Made by a program: the position numbers and the translations under genes. The notes under the pieces are model-generated. The model had not been told where the DNA came from. It worked only from the letters and a program-made list of their open reading frames with translations, and did no database searches. A stretch of 60,472 nucleotides of DNA, the filler included, from Sphacelaria rigidula (lineage: Eukaryota), in the NCBI GenBank assembly GCA_964200075.2. It is 9 parts of 9 records of this genome, joined end to end, with 100 filler letters (N's around TTAATTAATTAA, not from the genome) between each part and the next. Parts side by side here need not be neighbours in the genome. Positions count along the whole stretch, not along the records: positions 33,655 to 40,284 come from CAXNAA020018953.1; positions 40,385 to 47,014 come from CAXNAA020018954.1; 7 more parts are not named here. One strand, written 5' to 3'. Shown here one piece after another: positions 34,703 through 46,868 of this stretch. Position 1 is the stretch's first letter, and each line of letters starts with the position of its first letter.

Positions 34703-37700
34703 CGTCGCGCCCTTTGATATACCCAAGTCCACGGTGCGCTCCCTGCCCTCGGGACCCGTAGTCAGCTTCAGCTTTCGCGGGTAAACTTCAACAATCATAG
34801 CACCGCTGATCATGATGACTGGTCGCACGATCGGCACGCCTCCATACCATCTGCAGCCAGCAGGTCCCAGACAATGCCCCGAAACAAAAAATCAGAAGAG
34901 AATAAAGAAGCCAGGAAAAATAGAGGGATGGGCGGTACGGGCCACACGTCGACGAAATAGAAGCAATCGACGGAAGCGATCTCTCTCATCACCCAAAGAC
35001 ACACTGCAGACATCAGTGCGCCGGCCAAGGCGACGAACAAACGAAACTCATGAATGCATCGCGAAGTGGCGATATTATACCCTCAAAGTGCTTTCGACTT
35101 TCCTCGATCCATAACATAGCAAGAGGACGAGAACAGCGACGACAATGATGACAGCAACAACAACGACCATAACATCAACGACTAATGTCACCACCACCAC
35201 CACCACCACCACAACAACGCACAACTCAACAACAAAAATCTTAATTACGATTACAGGCAAAGCATTCGCGGAAGAATAATAAATTTGCACGTTTTTTTCT
35301 GCCTACAAAAATATACGAACACGACGTGTACCTTTCCTCGACATTTTTCATTATCATTATTATTCATATATTTATTCATTTATTTGTCGCACTTTGAACC
35401 CCCCTCCTTCCTCGGGATGAGTCTGTGGTCTCAAGGGGTCAACCCCCCTCTCCCCCGGTCAATAACGCAATAACTCACGCTGAGAGCAACCCCCAGTGTT
35501 GCTCTGTGACGCACTCAACCATCGGCTCTTGGAAGTCCTTCAGAGCACTTCCGTCTTCCTGCAGCAGACAGACCACGCAAAGACGCACGCCAAAGAGAAA
35601 GGCGACAGACTGCCGATGAGTAAATATATGGTCGTAGCCATAGCCGCGAAACGCACAAACGCTCTCAAGATGCATCCTAACCCTAAGCGATACAAGCGAG
35701 CCTGAACTCGAAGCCAACTGACGCTCGGAAGCTTAAACCAGCTTCACTTCTAGCGGCACACGCTCCTGGTAGTCCTGCGAATCATGACACCAAGGATACA
35801 AGCTCCCGCTACCCCCTTCGTCTTAAAACCTAAGGACACACGCTACCCGCTAGTGCTGGATCATGACACGAGCCTTACAAGCTACGGCTGCCCCTACCCT
35901 TCACCTGTGACCCCCAATATTACGCGCAACCGCCAGCACGGACCACGAATAATACACGCTACCCGCTAGCCCGAAATCACGAGGCGGAAGGATGCACACC
36001 ACCACCGATTCTAAATCATGACACGGAGGACACAAGCTAGCGCAAGCCCTAAATTATGACACACGAAGGATACACGCCGCCACTGTCACTACTGACAAGC
36101 TTCTATATATAATATGTAGTGTTGAATCGTGTATACGACCCGATTACAGTAGATGTTTTCGAAACCCGAAAAGTCATCATCCACCGGGCGGGATTCACGG
36201 GGGGTGGGGGGGGGGGGCGTACTCATTTGTTGCTTGCCTTGGTCGGTTGACCATTGACCATACTATGGATGTGTTGCTGTACAACCTCAAGTGCCTGCAG
36301 TAGGCGGACGCTGGCGGATGTTAAGCTGCCGAGCGAGCTGTGACTCAACCGTGCAAGAAAAATAATTTATGTTGAAGTCCATTCGAGAAGTTGGAGAAAT
36401 GAAAAGTGAATAGAGTAGGGCTTGCGATGTGCTCGTGAGTTCTCTTGTGCCCCTCTTCTCAAGAGTTCGTATCTTAATTCTATCAAAGATTCTTGATCCT
36501 ACTGGACCGCTAATCACATCGATCTACAGTGTACTTGTTCTACTCGTTGACGTACTCTAGAAAATTCCTACATTCGACGTTTCAGCCGACAGCGGTTGCT
36601 CCGCATAAACACCAAACGCAACATGCTACCTGCGCTGTGTTACTGAGCATTGCCTGGATAGTCTATGCCAAAGTCTACCCCTAACAGACCATGCATCCCT
36701 TTCGAGACGGAACACCGTTCCTACCCCTAATAGAGACACCTCCAACATCTAGCCGCTCATTATGCTTCTTCTACACACTGTACAGAAACCTTTCACATAT
36801 CTTGTCCCCGTCCAGTTTTGCTGTCTGTGGCCACCATCTATCTCCTAGTACAGCCATCCTTTTCTCGCTACGATCGAATGCATCAAACGATATCATGCCA
36901 CCTCCATTTACTTTCCACATTTCCCCCTCCAATACGGGGAGGAGGGGGGGGGGGGGGGGGTGTATTGACCATCATGTTTGTGGAAGGCAAATGCGTCTTG
37001 ATCTCGCTCCCTTACAAAACCGGGGCGNNNNNNNNNNACATGCAATACCTCCAACCAATCTATCTCCTTCCTTCTTTTTTTCTTTCCCCCTTCCCCCCCC
37101 CGTGGGGGGGGGGGGGGGGGGGGGGGGGGGGATGTACTGATGATCATGCATGTCGTAGTCAAATGACTATTGATCTCGCATCCCTACAAAGCCGGGGCGG
37201 AGCACGCCGGATTCTCGCCGGGCCAGGCTCGCATTTAATCACCAAGCGCGACGCACCGTGGTGTGTTCGGCGAGTCGCATGGACCGTGAGCTGCATCCTG
37301 CTAAGCTTGTTCGGCCGGAAGCGTACTGATTATCTTGCATATGGATAACAACCCCCAATGAGTTGCTTCATTTTGTGGTATCGCCACTTCCAGAGACAGC
37401 AACGGCCTACACACTGCCTCACGGGTGTCTCACCGTTCAAACACTACGTAGTATGATCATCCTCATTGCACAGAATTGAGGTTCCCCCACCCCGCACATG
37501 ATCTAGCTCGACCGCCATCATGGAGCTCATCACACAGGAGGTGCTCCTCCGGGGGAGGTACTTTACGTCCAACTAAAACTGGATTTCTTCAAGTGTGTCG
37601 GAGATGCCATGGGGTATATCCGCATGCTACACGCAACACAACCATGCTAAATAACAATGCTACGGTAGGGGTTCTACTTTTCGTTTCTGGGTATCTTTTT

Positions 37701-39835
37701 TGTAGGAGCCCAAATATATGGGGCTTATTACTGTGCAATCCAAATATCCGGGGACCGGGGACCGGACTCCCAGAAACATGGTGTTCGCACGCAGGGGTCT
37801 TTTCGTGCATCGGCATCATTTTCAGTCTTCGTCAAGTAAAAATTATGCCGATTCTCAAAATGACCCGCCCAACACCCCGGGCAGCCCCGAGAAACGTTTT
37901 CGCTCAACTAGTGCAACCCCTACCGTAGCATTGCCTACCCTGGACAACACAATACACAGTCAAAAAGTATACTGCGTACAGTATCGACTACTGCACCTAT
38001 TGCAATAGATAATGGATTCCACACTGTACGCAGTACACTCTTTGACAATAGAATCTGTTGTCCAGGGTGTGTAGCATTGCTCTATTGTGAAAACGAACAT
38101 CAGCTACCCCAGTTTCACGAGAGACCTTGCGGCCGACACTACTATATTGTACACCCTAGCTGTTGTCACTCAAACCTGGCTGCAGCTACGAAGGACAGAG
38201 GCGGCATGCTCACGAGATTATAGAAACATACGACGGGGCGGCTAGTCTTTCCCTGGCCGACGATGCATCATCTCTACGACAACTACCGTGAACGTTCTCG
38301 GATCGTAAGGAACAGCTAAGTGTACCATGACGGCTACGCGCCTAGTGTATATTGCGATAGCGGAACCCTGCGCGATGACAGTGATCCGGCAATCGTCGCG
38401 CGAAAACGGTCATCCTCCAACAATGGCCATGTGAAACGGTTATATCTAGTTATCGATACCTTTTCTCATTCGTGGTGACCATGCATGCATGGTATCTATC
38501 TCCGCCATGCGCCGACGCCATCGCGACAAACGGATCTTGTGATAGGTTACACAGGCATATGTGATGGACTTCGGCCTCTGACCATTACGCCAATTATTCT
38601 CTCTCGTGTCCTGTCACGACCGTAAAGAAACACTCATCTCGAACAGTGCTAATTTTCTCGTCCGCATCAGCTGCACTTGTCATCGCGACTATGCACCAAC
38701 GGTATTGTGATCAACGGTTTCACACACGGAACAGCTCATGATCCGTGCAAAAAAACAACAACAAGAGGACTCTCGGATCGATCGGTCCAAAAACACAAGA
38801 TATGCGCCGCGGGGTCAGGGCAGCCCGAGCGCTACCATCGCGCTACTCTGAATCGTCGGCATCCAGCGCTACAGGGAGCAAATATGATAACAAGCGCCCA
38901 ATGATCAGGATCAGTGCACCAATGAAAAGTAAGTACTTGAACAGATCATAACCTCTCCGACATGTGAGGGGTTTTTCTCCGACGAGGTTAGTTTACAACT
39001 TGGTAGGTACGTAAAAAATTGTCGTGAATTTATGATCTTAGGTAACTCTCACTCTAACCCCCACCCTCACCCCAACGAAGGCATACCGAGAACCCTCGGG
39101 CAAGGGGGGTGCAGAGTGTTCCTCAGGCAGAGTGTGCGTTGCGAGACCTCAAACTGGCACCGCAGGCGCCGATTGAGACGAAAACGCGTTTTGCGCACGC
39201 TAGGAGCACAGCCCCCATTAAAGATCCGGATGTCGGTGTCCACACTAAAACCGAGTCGGAAAATCGTTTACCTACCACACGGTCAACGCTACTGTCTCTG
39301 AATAGTAAGGCTTACACGTGCGATGACCGTTGTCTGACAACCGTTGCACGAGGAAGGGGTATCCGATCACGACCATGATTGATTGGTTGATTTCATTGAC
39401 AAAGTGCCCGCACATGGACGAATTCCCGAGAGATCTATCGGTCGATCGCGTCAAGGTAGGCGTACCCAAGCTCAACTCTTAGACAGCGAGAGTAGGTCAT
39501 CTGTGGAATCGACATCCATTTCACTTGAAAAAAAATCTGCATGATCCAGATGGACTACTACCCTCGCGGTCAAAGGGTTGACAAAACGGAAACATTCCCA
39601 ACAGAAAACTGGAGTAAAGGGGAAAATAAGAAGGAAGGAAGGAAGGAAGGAAAGAAAAAACGAAGTGAAAAGAAACAAAAATAAGAAGCAAAATGAAACA
39701 AACATGGAATCAATTTATCTCACGTTCAGGATGTCCTCATTTGTCACGGGTCCAGGCGGAACATCCGTGCGCTGCGCCGTGGGTGTTTCGCTGTAGGAGT
39801 TCCAGCCTACGTAGTCATTCCACCGTCGCATCCAA
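34703..39835 (-). CDS. Ubiquitin-specific protease, USP4/11/15 (plant UBP5/9)-like, DUSP and start of UBL domain; 3 internal exons
   Basis: Exons 39835-39724, 35558-35479 and 34850-34703, GT-AG and phase-compatible: WMRRWNDYVG..PPGPVTNEDILN|EDGSALKD..VECVTEQHWGLLSA|WYGGVPIVRPVI..VEVYPRKLKL..ISKGAT. Matches DUSP motifs W..W..YV, PGPI.N, WYGG, VEVYP. The catalytic domain is not in the window. Confidence 0.87.
35755..36080 (+). repeat. Degenerate ~40 bp minisatellite (intronic)
   Basis: Recurrent AATCATGACAC..AGGA.ACA.GCTACCCGCTAG units. Confidence 0.6.
37102..37200 (+). repeat. Poly-G-headed dispersed repeat family
   Basis: G-run + TGTACTCATGATCATGCATGCCATAGTCA..ACCATTGA.CTCGCATCCCTAC. Copies at ~36945-37027, 37102-37200, 40209-40260 and 46955-47014; diverged copies at ~31024-31075 and 36199-36260. 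Confidence 0.8.
37655..37933. mobile_element. ~280 bp MITE with perfect 19-bp TIR
   Basis: CAATGCTACGGTAGGGGTT (37655-37673) / AACCCCTACCGTAGCATTG (37915-37933). Confidence 0.75.
37934..38071. mobile_element. 138 bp MITE with 8-bp TSD (TAGCATTG), copy 1
   Basis: TIR C..ACCCTGGACAAC / GTTGTCCAGGGTGTG. TAGCATTG at 37926-37933 and 38072-38079. Confidence 0.9.
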
Positions 39836-39930
39836 CTAGAAGTGAAGAGGTACAGATGGCGCATTTCAAATCAGGCGAGAAAACATACAACGCTTAGCGA
39901 ATATTTAGTTGGTTGGTTCGTTCAACCTTG

Positions 39931-40067
39931 CACACCCTGGACAACAGAATACACTGTCAAAAAGTGTACTGTGTACAGTTTCGACTATTGCACCTATTGC
40001 AGCGGACAATAGATTCCATACTGTACGGAGTACATTTTTTACAATCGAATCCATTGTCCAGGGTGTG
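39931..40067. mobile_element. 137 bp MITE, copy 2 (8-bp TSD, 7/8 match)
   Basis: CACACCCTGGACAA...TTGTCCAGGGTGTG with flanks CAACCTTG / AAACCTTG. Body is colinear with 37934-38071. Confidence 0.9.
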
Positions 40068-40699
40068 AAACCTTGACAAAAAAAGTGTAAGGCATCGTGC
40101 TATTGATACGTCGAGGAGAAAAAGTGTGTTTTAACAAGTCAGCGATGTACGAACGGAAAACTAAGAACAAGAAGCGGCCTCAAACTGGATCTTGCATAAC
40201 CTCTTACGTGGGGGGGGGGGGTGTACTCATGATCATGCATGCCATAGTAAAAAGACCGGTGAGCTGGAAGACATAAAATGCCGGNNNNNNNNNNNNNNNN
40301 NNNNNNNNNNNNNNNNNNNNNNNNNNNNTTAATTAATTAANNNNNNNNNNNNNNNNNNNNNNNNNNNNNNNNNNNNNNNNNNNNGAGCACTGTTCCTACT
40401 CCTAATAGAGACACCTCCAACATTGTGGCGCTCATTACTTTCCTTCCGTAGCTCATTACTCACATGTGTATGGGGCGTACTTAATGCATGGTGAGCGAAA
40501 ATTTGCCTCAAGTTCGTCGGTTTTTGAGCGACAAGAGGTAAGATATCCCCGAACAGCAAGGCATGATTGATGCAGGATAATGGTGAGGGATAACTATTAA
40601 CATTCAAATGACAACATTACGCCGCATCAGGTTACAGGAAGATGAGGTATCAGCCTGGTTCGTGCACTGTGTGTTCAGTGACGAGACGCACACAGCAGA

Positions 40700-41935
40700 T
40701 GGTCTGCTTTCATGCCACTTCAACAGCACCAGACAGTTCATCAAAAGTTTGATTTAAAACATTCAAGGCGGAGGATATCCCCGACTTTGAAAGGGCACAG
40801 CAAGCTCCAACTCAAGCAGGCAGTATTGAAACGGTTATCCACACAATATCCAGTACACCGTGAAATGAATCCAAGCGGGTAGCATGATGTTATTAGCATG
40901 AGCCATCATTTTCTTTCCTTCCCTTGGTTGTAGCTGGTCATGACAATAAGTAAGGTTAAGGTTGGCTGACCACATCGCCAGATTCATCGACACATCATGC
41001 ATGAACTCAGCGATGTAGTCAGCGCGGCCGGTTCAATGACCCGCAGTTATGCAATAAAACGCATAGACTACACGGACATTTCATGTTGACTGTACCGTAT
41101 GCAGTATGAACACCACCTGAACAGCTGTAACCGCTGTTACGGACGCACCCCAAACATCAAACTCAGTCGTTTGGCAAAAACCGCTGCGCTAACGCTGTAG
41201 ACACGCATCTTCAGGTGACGTAGGATAAATACAGCCGACAGCGCCTTCAAGCGCACACGGGATTGACCGAGGATCGGTTCGTTCCGTTCCACATTCACAG
41301 ACAGCAAAATTCGTCATCACATTCGGGGTTACCGTTTGAGGCGAACAATGAATTTTCACAGATGAGGACCGAGACATCACGCTGGCTGGTGCTTCGTTGA
41401 AAAAGCGCATTTCGGAAAATCGCAAGAGGAGTGATCAATACGTCATGGATGACAACAGTCGACACAATAGTCCCACGTCGAAAGCACCATGTTACAAACA
41501 GACGGTATAGTGGTGGGGTTCTCGGCATTAGGCGTCGCAACTGGCTTACAGAAAGGCGATATGTCTCGTGGTCTCGAACAAGCATCCAGTTGAGTAATTT
41601 TCATGCGCATGTGAATACGTGATGACTAATATACTTTGTTGATTATACCGAAACATGCCTCAAGTGCACCATCTGCTTGTGCACTGGAATCATAAATTTA
41701 CTATCATGACGACCTTTATCCCATACTGACGTACCGAGTATGGTGCAGAGATCCGTACTTTTTTGTCTCACCGTGTTCAGCAACCAACCCGCAAAAGAAT
41801 AGCAAGAGGAAATACGTCCAATGCATTACAGTGATCACAGCTCCAGAAGCGATTCAGTTCATCTTTCGTTTTGGTGATTTTGATAGCCTCATCAATAGAT
41901 TCACATAAGCTCTTCGCTCGTTGTTTGCTCATTGT
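40700..41935 (-). pseudogene. Possible highly decayed hAT-type transposase
   Basis: Scattered minus-strand peptides in the expected order: RFWSCDHCN (BED-finger-like), FDVW, ADYIAEFMHDV, AHANNIMLPAW (cf. TDNA.NM..AW). Pattern resemblance only. Confidence 0.3.
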
Positions 41936-44214
41936 CAAGAGAGTGTAAACCAGGGATCGCAGCGGGTCATGAAAACCACGGCGCGCACGGAGGCGTGTAT
42001 GTAACCGTTACAACGGACACCACTCCCTCTCCTCTAGTTGGAATACCCGTAGGTCACATCAACTAGCCCTCCGAGCCCATCAGTCGAATAGCTGGGCTCA
42101 TCCTCGTACTACCCTCCCACCATTACGCCGCGATCAACAACAGTACTTGGGTGAACACGGTGTCAATCGGAATGAATGAGTGCGTCTTGTTGCTAACAAG
42201 CGCATTCAAACAAACCATCTGCTTTATACGACAGTGTGAAGTGGAACTTCGTGGAACTGTCAGCTCAAAGTACCCCCTCCCCCCCCATCGTCGTGTGACT
42301 TTGTTGGGTTTGTTTTGGTGGGCGACAACGTATTTGCAGAACGACCTACCCGATACATCGGAGAAACACAATTAATCTCGGGAAGAGTTGCAAATGCCAA
42401 CAGACGAGAAAACACAGAGCATGACAAACAACACAATATTGAACTGCAATATTCATCGAATACATACAGCAAGCGCTACAAGGATGAGCACTCTAAAGAC
42501 TCCACACAACATTCAACGAGATGCGTAAGGCACCAACCAGCATTCACATGATATATGCACGCAAAGCACACAAACATTCGCGCAGAAGAGATGGGAGGAG
42601 TGCAACAGCGCGAATGGAATCAAACTACGTGAATATCGCTAAGATGCTTTGAACGATAGCTATACAAACACATCAGCTTCTAGTGCCTCAAGGCTCTACC
42701 AAGCGCCATTTTACGTAAACGTTCCGCAATCCTATCGCTGCCCCCGTTTAGTATCGTTCACACGTGAACTTTTTCGACAGCAACCACATGCAACAATTTT
42801 CATGAACCACACGAACATACTTGCGTGAATATTACAACGATTCGGGTGGAATTCAGTACAACATGCCCTGGGCAGCAGTAGCATGATGTAAAAACCCTCA
42901 CCTCACACTGAGACAAAATCGAAATCCCTTGTAAGAGTAACCTCGATCCCGAAAAGATATGGAGCACACTCGACGTTCAACAAAGTGCCTATGTAGCTAT
43001 CCATCCGGTGTGGCATGTCATATTCGGTCACTGCGGCTCCACGTGTCATAATTACCCCGTGCCGTGGGTCTAGACCGGCATTTACCACGAGCACCCCTAT
43101 CCCAACATGATGTAAAACGAAACGTGCATTACACCTTCTCCGAAAAGGACAGCATACACTCGATGACCTCGTGCAAAATTTAACATCAACCTTCCCCCCA
43201 AAAAACAGCACTGTCAGTGAGCGCACCACGATCCCACGTGCCCCGCTATACATATTCCCAGCCTGAAGAGTAAAGATTGCTAAATACGTACATATATATA
43301 GTAAAACGTTCAAGACGTAAAAACGTGATCGAAAAAACCACAAGCGGAAGATAATTTGCGAGAATGCAGAAACAAACTAGGCGCTGACGTTTCGTGCCGT
43401 GGGTTTGTATTCAGTAAATGCATACGGGGGGAGGAAAACGACACAATTGACTCACGGGCGCTTCTATATTACTGCTGCAAAGCCCACGAGCGCCTCCTCA
43501 AATAGTTTCAGTATTTCATGTTGAAGCGAGCACCCTCATGCACCTTTCCCCCCCCCCGTTTGCTAACACTATTTGCAGCCGATCGCAAACGTCCGCCAGG
43601 ATCAAGCTCAATCTATGACGAAAAAAGACTCTAAAAGCCATGCGCATGTCAACGACATCTTGTACCAACTCCTGGAAAGCCTCGACAGCGATTGACCCGA
43701 CTCCTCGCATGCTGACATACTACCGCATGCTGATTTTCCAAACACCAACGCGATGATGCTAATATCATTCAGAAATCGGGGTAATACGACCCAGGAGCTC
43801 GAACGACGCTGGTTTGGCCTCCCCAATATCAGCTCTATAAACCTTTACAACGAATATCTCATCAATCCCCGGAATTACTTACACAAGGTAGTCATTTTCT
43901 CTCTGAGTACATACACCAAACACGGTGGAGCTTCCAAATATCGGGTCCACACACGGACGTAACACAAGCAACGATATACACATAATGCGCCATCGTGGTA
44001 GGCCACCTATATGAACATTAAATAGTTGTGGACATTTTCCCGCACTTTGCGGGAAGACATTTTGCCGAGATCTGTAGACGCCGAAGTTACCCTACATTTT
44101 GTGACCAACGCAGAAGACTTCCAAGCACCACAGCAAAAATGATTATGCTCGAGGATGCCCCATCAGTGTATTCTCCTCCTAGGCCTTCTCCTAGGCGGAA
44201 GAAAGGAGTGTGTG

Positions 44215-46868
44215 TCACACGACACAGCAACATCGCTTGCAGGAGGGAGTCACCGTTTCGGTGGGGTTCAGTGCGGCGCGGAATTCTTCTGTTTCGGTGA
44301 AGAGGTGCAGGATGTTGGCCTCGAGCACATAGCGGATCTCGTAGTACGCGTTGCTAAATATCGCTCTGTGAGCGATCGCGAGTGAGAGACGACAGAGGGG
44401 CGGAAGTAAGCAGCGGCGCGCACACGGGCGTCGAAGCGATCGCGGATGGGAGACGACGGAGCGGCGAAAGTAAGCAGCGGCGCGTACACGGACGTCAAGA
44501 ATCGTTGGCAAGATGAATCACCTTCAAAACTGTAGCAACAGCTATGCTACGGTGGTTTGCTCGTATGAAAATTTGCCGAAATATATATTTGCTTGACCAG
44601 ACAGGACGTGGGAGAGGGTGTGCAATAGTGGTAAACGGATACAGGCAATCGGTGTACCCAATCGATCATCATCGGTAGTCAAACAAGTCCATAAAGTGAA
44701 TACCCTCACCCCTCCGCTACAATATATTTGTGTCGTGTATCGTCATGGCCTCATGACGTTCATCTTCATTCTTTCGAGAATATTGAAAAACGTGCGCGTG
44801 GTACCGATATGAGAATGTCGTGAACAGATTCGACAGAACACCACCAAAAACCCTTGGGGACCTGGGCGCAAGTGAAGAGCGAACAAGCGCTCTCGAGACG
44901 AAACGGCTGTAGCCCAAACCTCTCGTAAAAAAACGAAGACGCCCGTCAGGGGCGTGCTACAATCAAGAGCGGCCATTTCGGTATCCACCATCCGGTGGCG
45001 TCTCTTGTGGGTGTCGAGACATGCCTGTATAAATTACCGACGTTTCAGTAGCACATCAGTCGGCTTGTTGCGTCGGTTTACGGCAAGACGGGTGGTTCAC
45101 ACGCGGGTTCCTTACCAATGCCGCTCCCACCTTCCCCCCCTTTACATGCTGTGTTGTACCTGAGGCTAAAGACGTCAGTTCTGAGTCTGACGGGACGAAG
45201 TCACTCGTGTTTTTGTTCACTCTGAAAAAAGGCTGAATCAAACGCATATAACTCCGTGCGTCTTGGTTCGGGAAGTCTTCGTCAATGGCCCAACGCTCAA
45301 GTCACTCAAAACGTGAGATAGTATTTCTTTCTTACCTCATCTCTGCCTCGCTCGGCGGATGTTTGCTGCCGTCGAGAAAAACATGCAATACGTCCAGTAT
45401 GGCGTTCTTGTCTTTGTGACTAAAAAAAGCGCCGACGGACGACAAACAATAACAGAATAACCGAACAGGAAAAGGGAAGCTTATTCGTCTCAGAGGGTAC
45501 TCTCGGGAATCGCGGTCAAACCAACACCCTAATCTCTATGTGAGTAATGCCGTGATAGCCCACCTCAAAACTATGGCTGGTTTGATGATGAAAAATCTAC
45601 ATCTAAACGAAAATGACGAGAGCCAAGCACACCGAGCAGCTGGGAACTAGCACGCCGGGACAGTTTCCCCCAATGTCACCCATTTGAGGCTCTTCATGAA
45701 TGCTGAAACAACATATCATGCGCTGTATCGCCATTTTCCTTCGCGGCAGTTTTGGGGTTGGTTTTGGGGAACTATCGCGGCATTACTCGTGTACGACATG
45801 CTCTTGTGACCTGCTAGTCCCGAAGCTACGCTATATGCGGCCTTTGTTGAATCTTGCGATAGCCCCTGCGCTTGCTTTGCCTTTCAGAGTGGGTTCGAGC
45901 TCATGAGTTTCGCGGCCTTGCAAAAAAAGGAGGAGCTACTCCACTGCTGTTCGAGAGGGTAGGGGCAACGCTAGAATTTGAGAAAATGCATTAGACACTA
46001 TTTACTCACTTCACCAATCTATAGGCGTGGTTAGAATTTGAGTAAAAGGCACCAGACACTAAATACTCGCTTCACCAGTCTATAGGCGTGGACAGCAGCA
46101 ACGGAGCACATATACTAGAGAGACTGGGTGCGCACGTTCCAGGTCAAACAAATGCGGCGACGAATCCTGCGCGTCATGTTCACCTGATGTTGATCTCGTC
46201 AGCCGAGCCATCCATTATGAATCTCCTGGCGATGTACTCAAACGCCACCGTCTGTCCTCCGCCGCACGGCGCCGAGACAGTGAAGTCTCCATTTCGATAC
46301 CTGTCCGTGATGGTACCGCACAAGGCGGAACACAAAACACCGACCGAGAGCCAGTACATTGACAGACGTCGAAACAAGGGCTTGAGAGGATCGGATACAA
46401 CCAATAGTCGATGTGTCGGTATTCCCGTCGCGTCGGATATACATGAAGTTACACGCGCGAGGGACTATGAAATTGAGAATGAGAACGGGGAGCGATACGG
46501 CTACCTTTGCGAAACCCATGGAGTCTAGGAGTCGACAGCGTTGCGCCTAGGTTGGCAAGAATCCATCAGCACTCGATACATGCCCACCCGAGCGAGCTTC
46601 CACTTCCACCCAATTCGACGCCAAGAGGCTTCGTTCCTCTGTAGTAACGACGTGATGAACACAGCAGCATGACAGCAGGGCGCACCTTGTCACCTCCTCC
46701 AAAAAGGAGACCGATTCCTGGCATAGCGCCCTGTGCGCAAACGCGCGAAACGCATCCGCCACTTTCGGGTCCTTTGCGATCTTCTCGTAGTTCCATTTTT
46801 CGGGCGGGCACTTCGTCTCATGTGTCGGGGCGTCATCATCTGAATCTGTTTCCGAAATTTCCGAAACT
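44215..46868 (-). CDS. RGS (regulator of G-protein signalling) domain protein, 3' exons; 5' part off-contig
   Basis: Exons 46868-46686, 46300-46184, 45419-45336 and 44365-44215, GT-AG, all phase 2: ..YEKIAKDPKVADAFRAFAHRALCQESVSFLEEVT|RY..FEYIARRFIMDGSADEINI|SHKDKNAI..|RAIFSNAYYEIRYVLEANILHLFTETEEF. Matches RGS motifs F..F....E...F, FI..GS..EINIS, F..A..EI. The 3' end is uncertain because of a possible donor near 44253. Confidence 0.88.
44371..44497 (+). repeat. Tandem duplication ~63 bp x2 next to an RGS splice acceptor
   Basis: AGCGATCGCG..GAGACGAC..GCG..AAGTAAGCAGCGGCGCG.ACACGG.CGTC occurs twice. Confidence 0.8.
45972..46091 (+). repeat. Tandem duplication ~60 bp x2 (intronic)
   Basis: TAGAATTTGAG..AGACACTA..TACTC.CTTCACCA.TCTATAGGCGTGG occurs twice. 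Confidence 0.85.

Noticed and set aside
39043..39076. Telomeric repeat
   Set aside because: Only a few degenerate CCCTAA-like units inside an intron; too short and too diverged.
27167..46868. Functional cluster of LPMO, USP and RGS genes
   Set aside because: The three genes are on different contigs joined artificially, so their adjacency carries no information.
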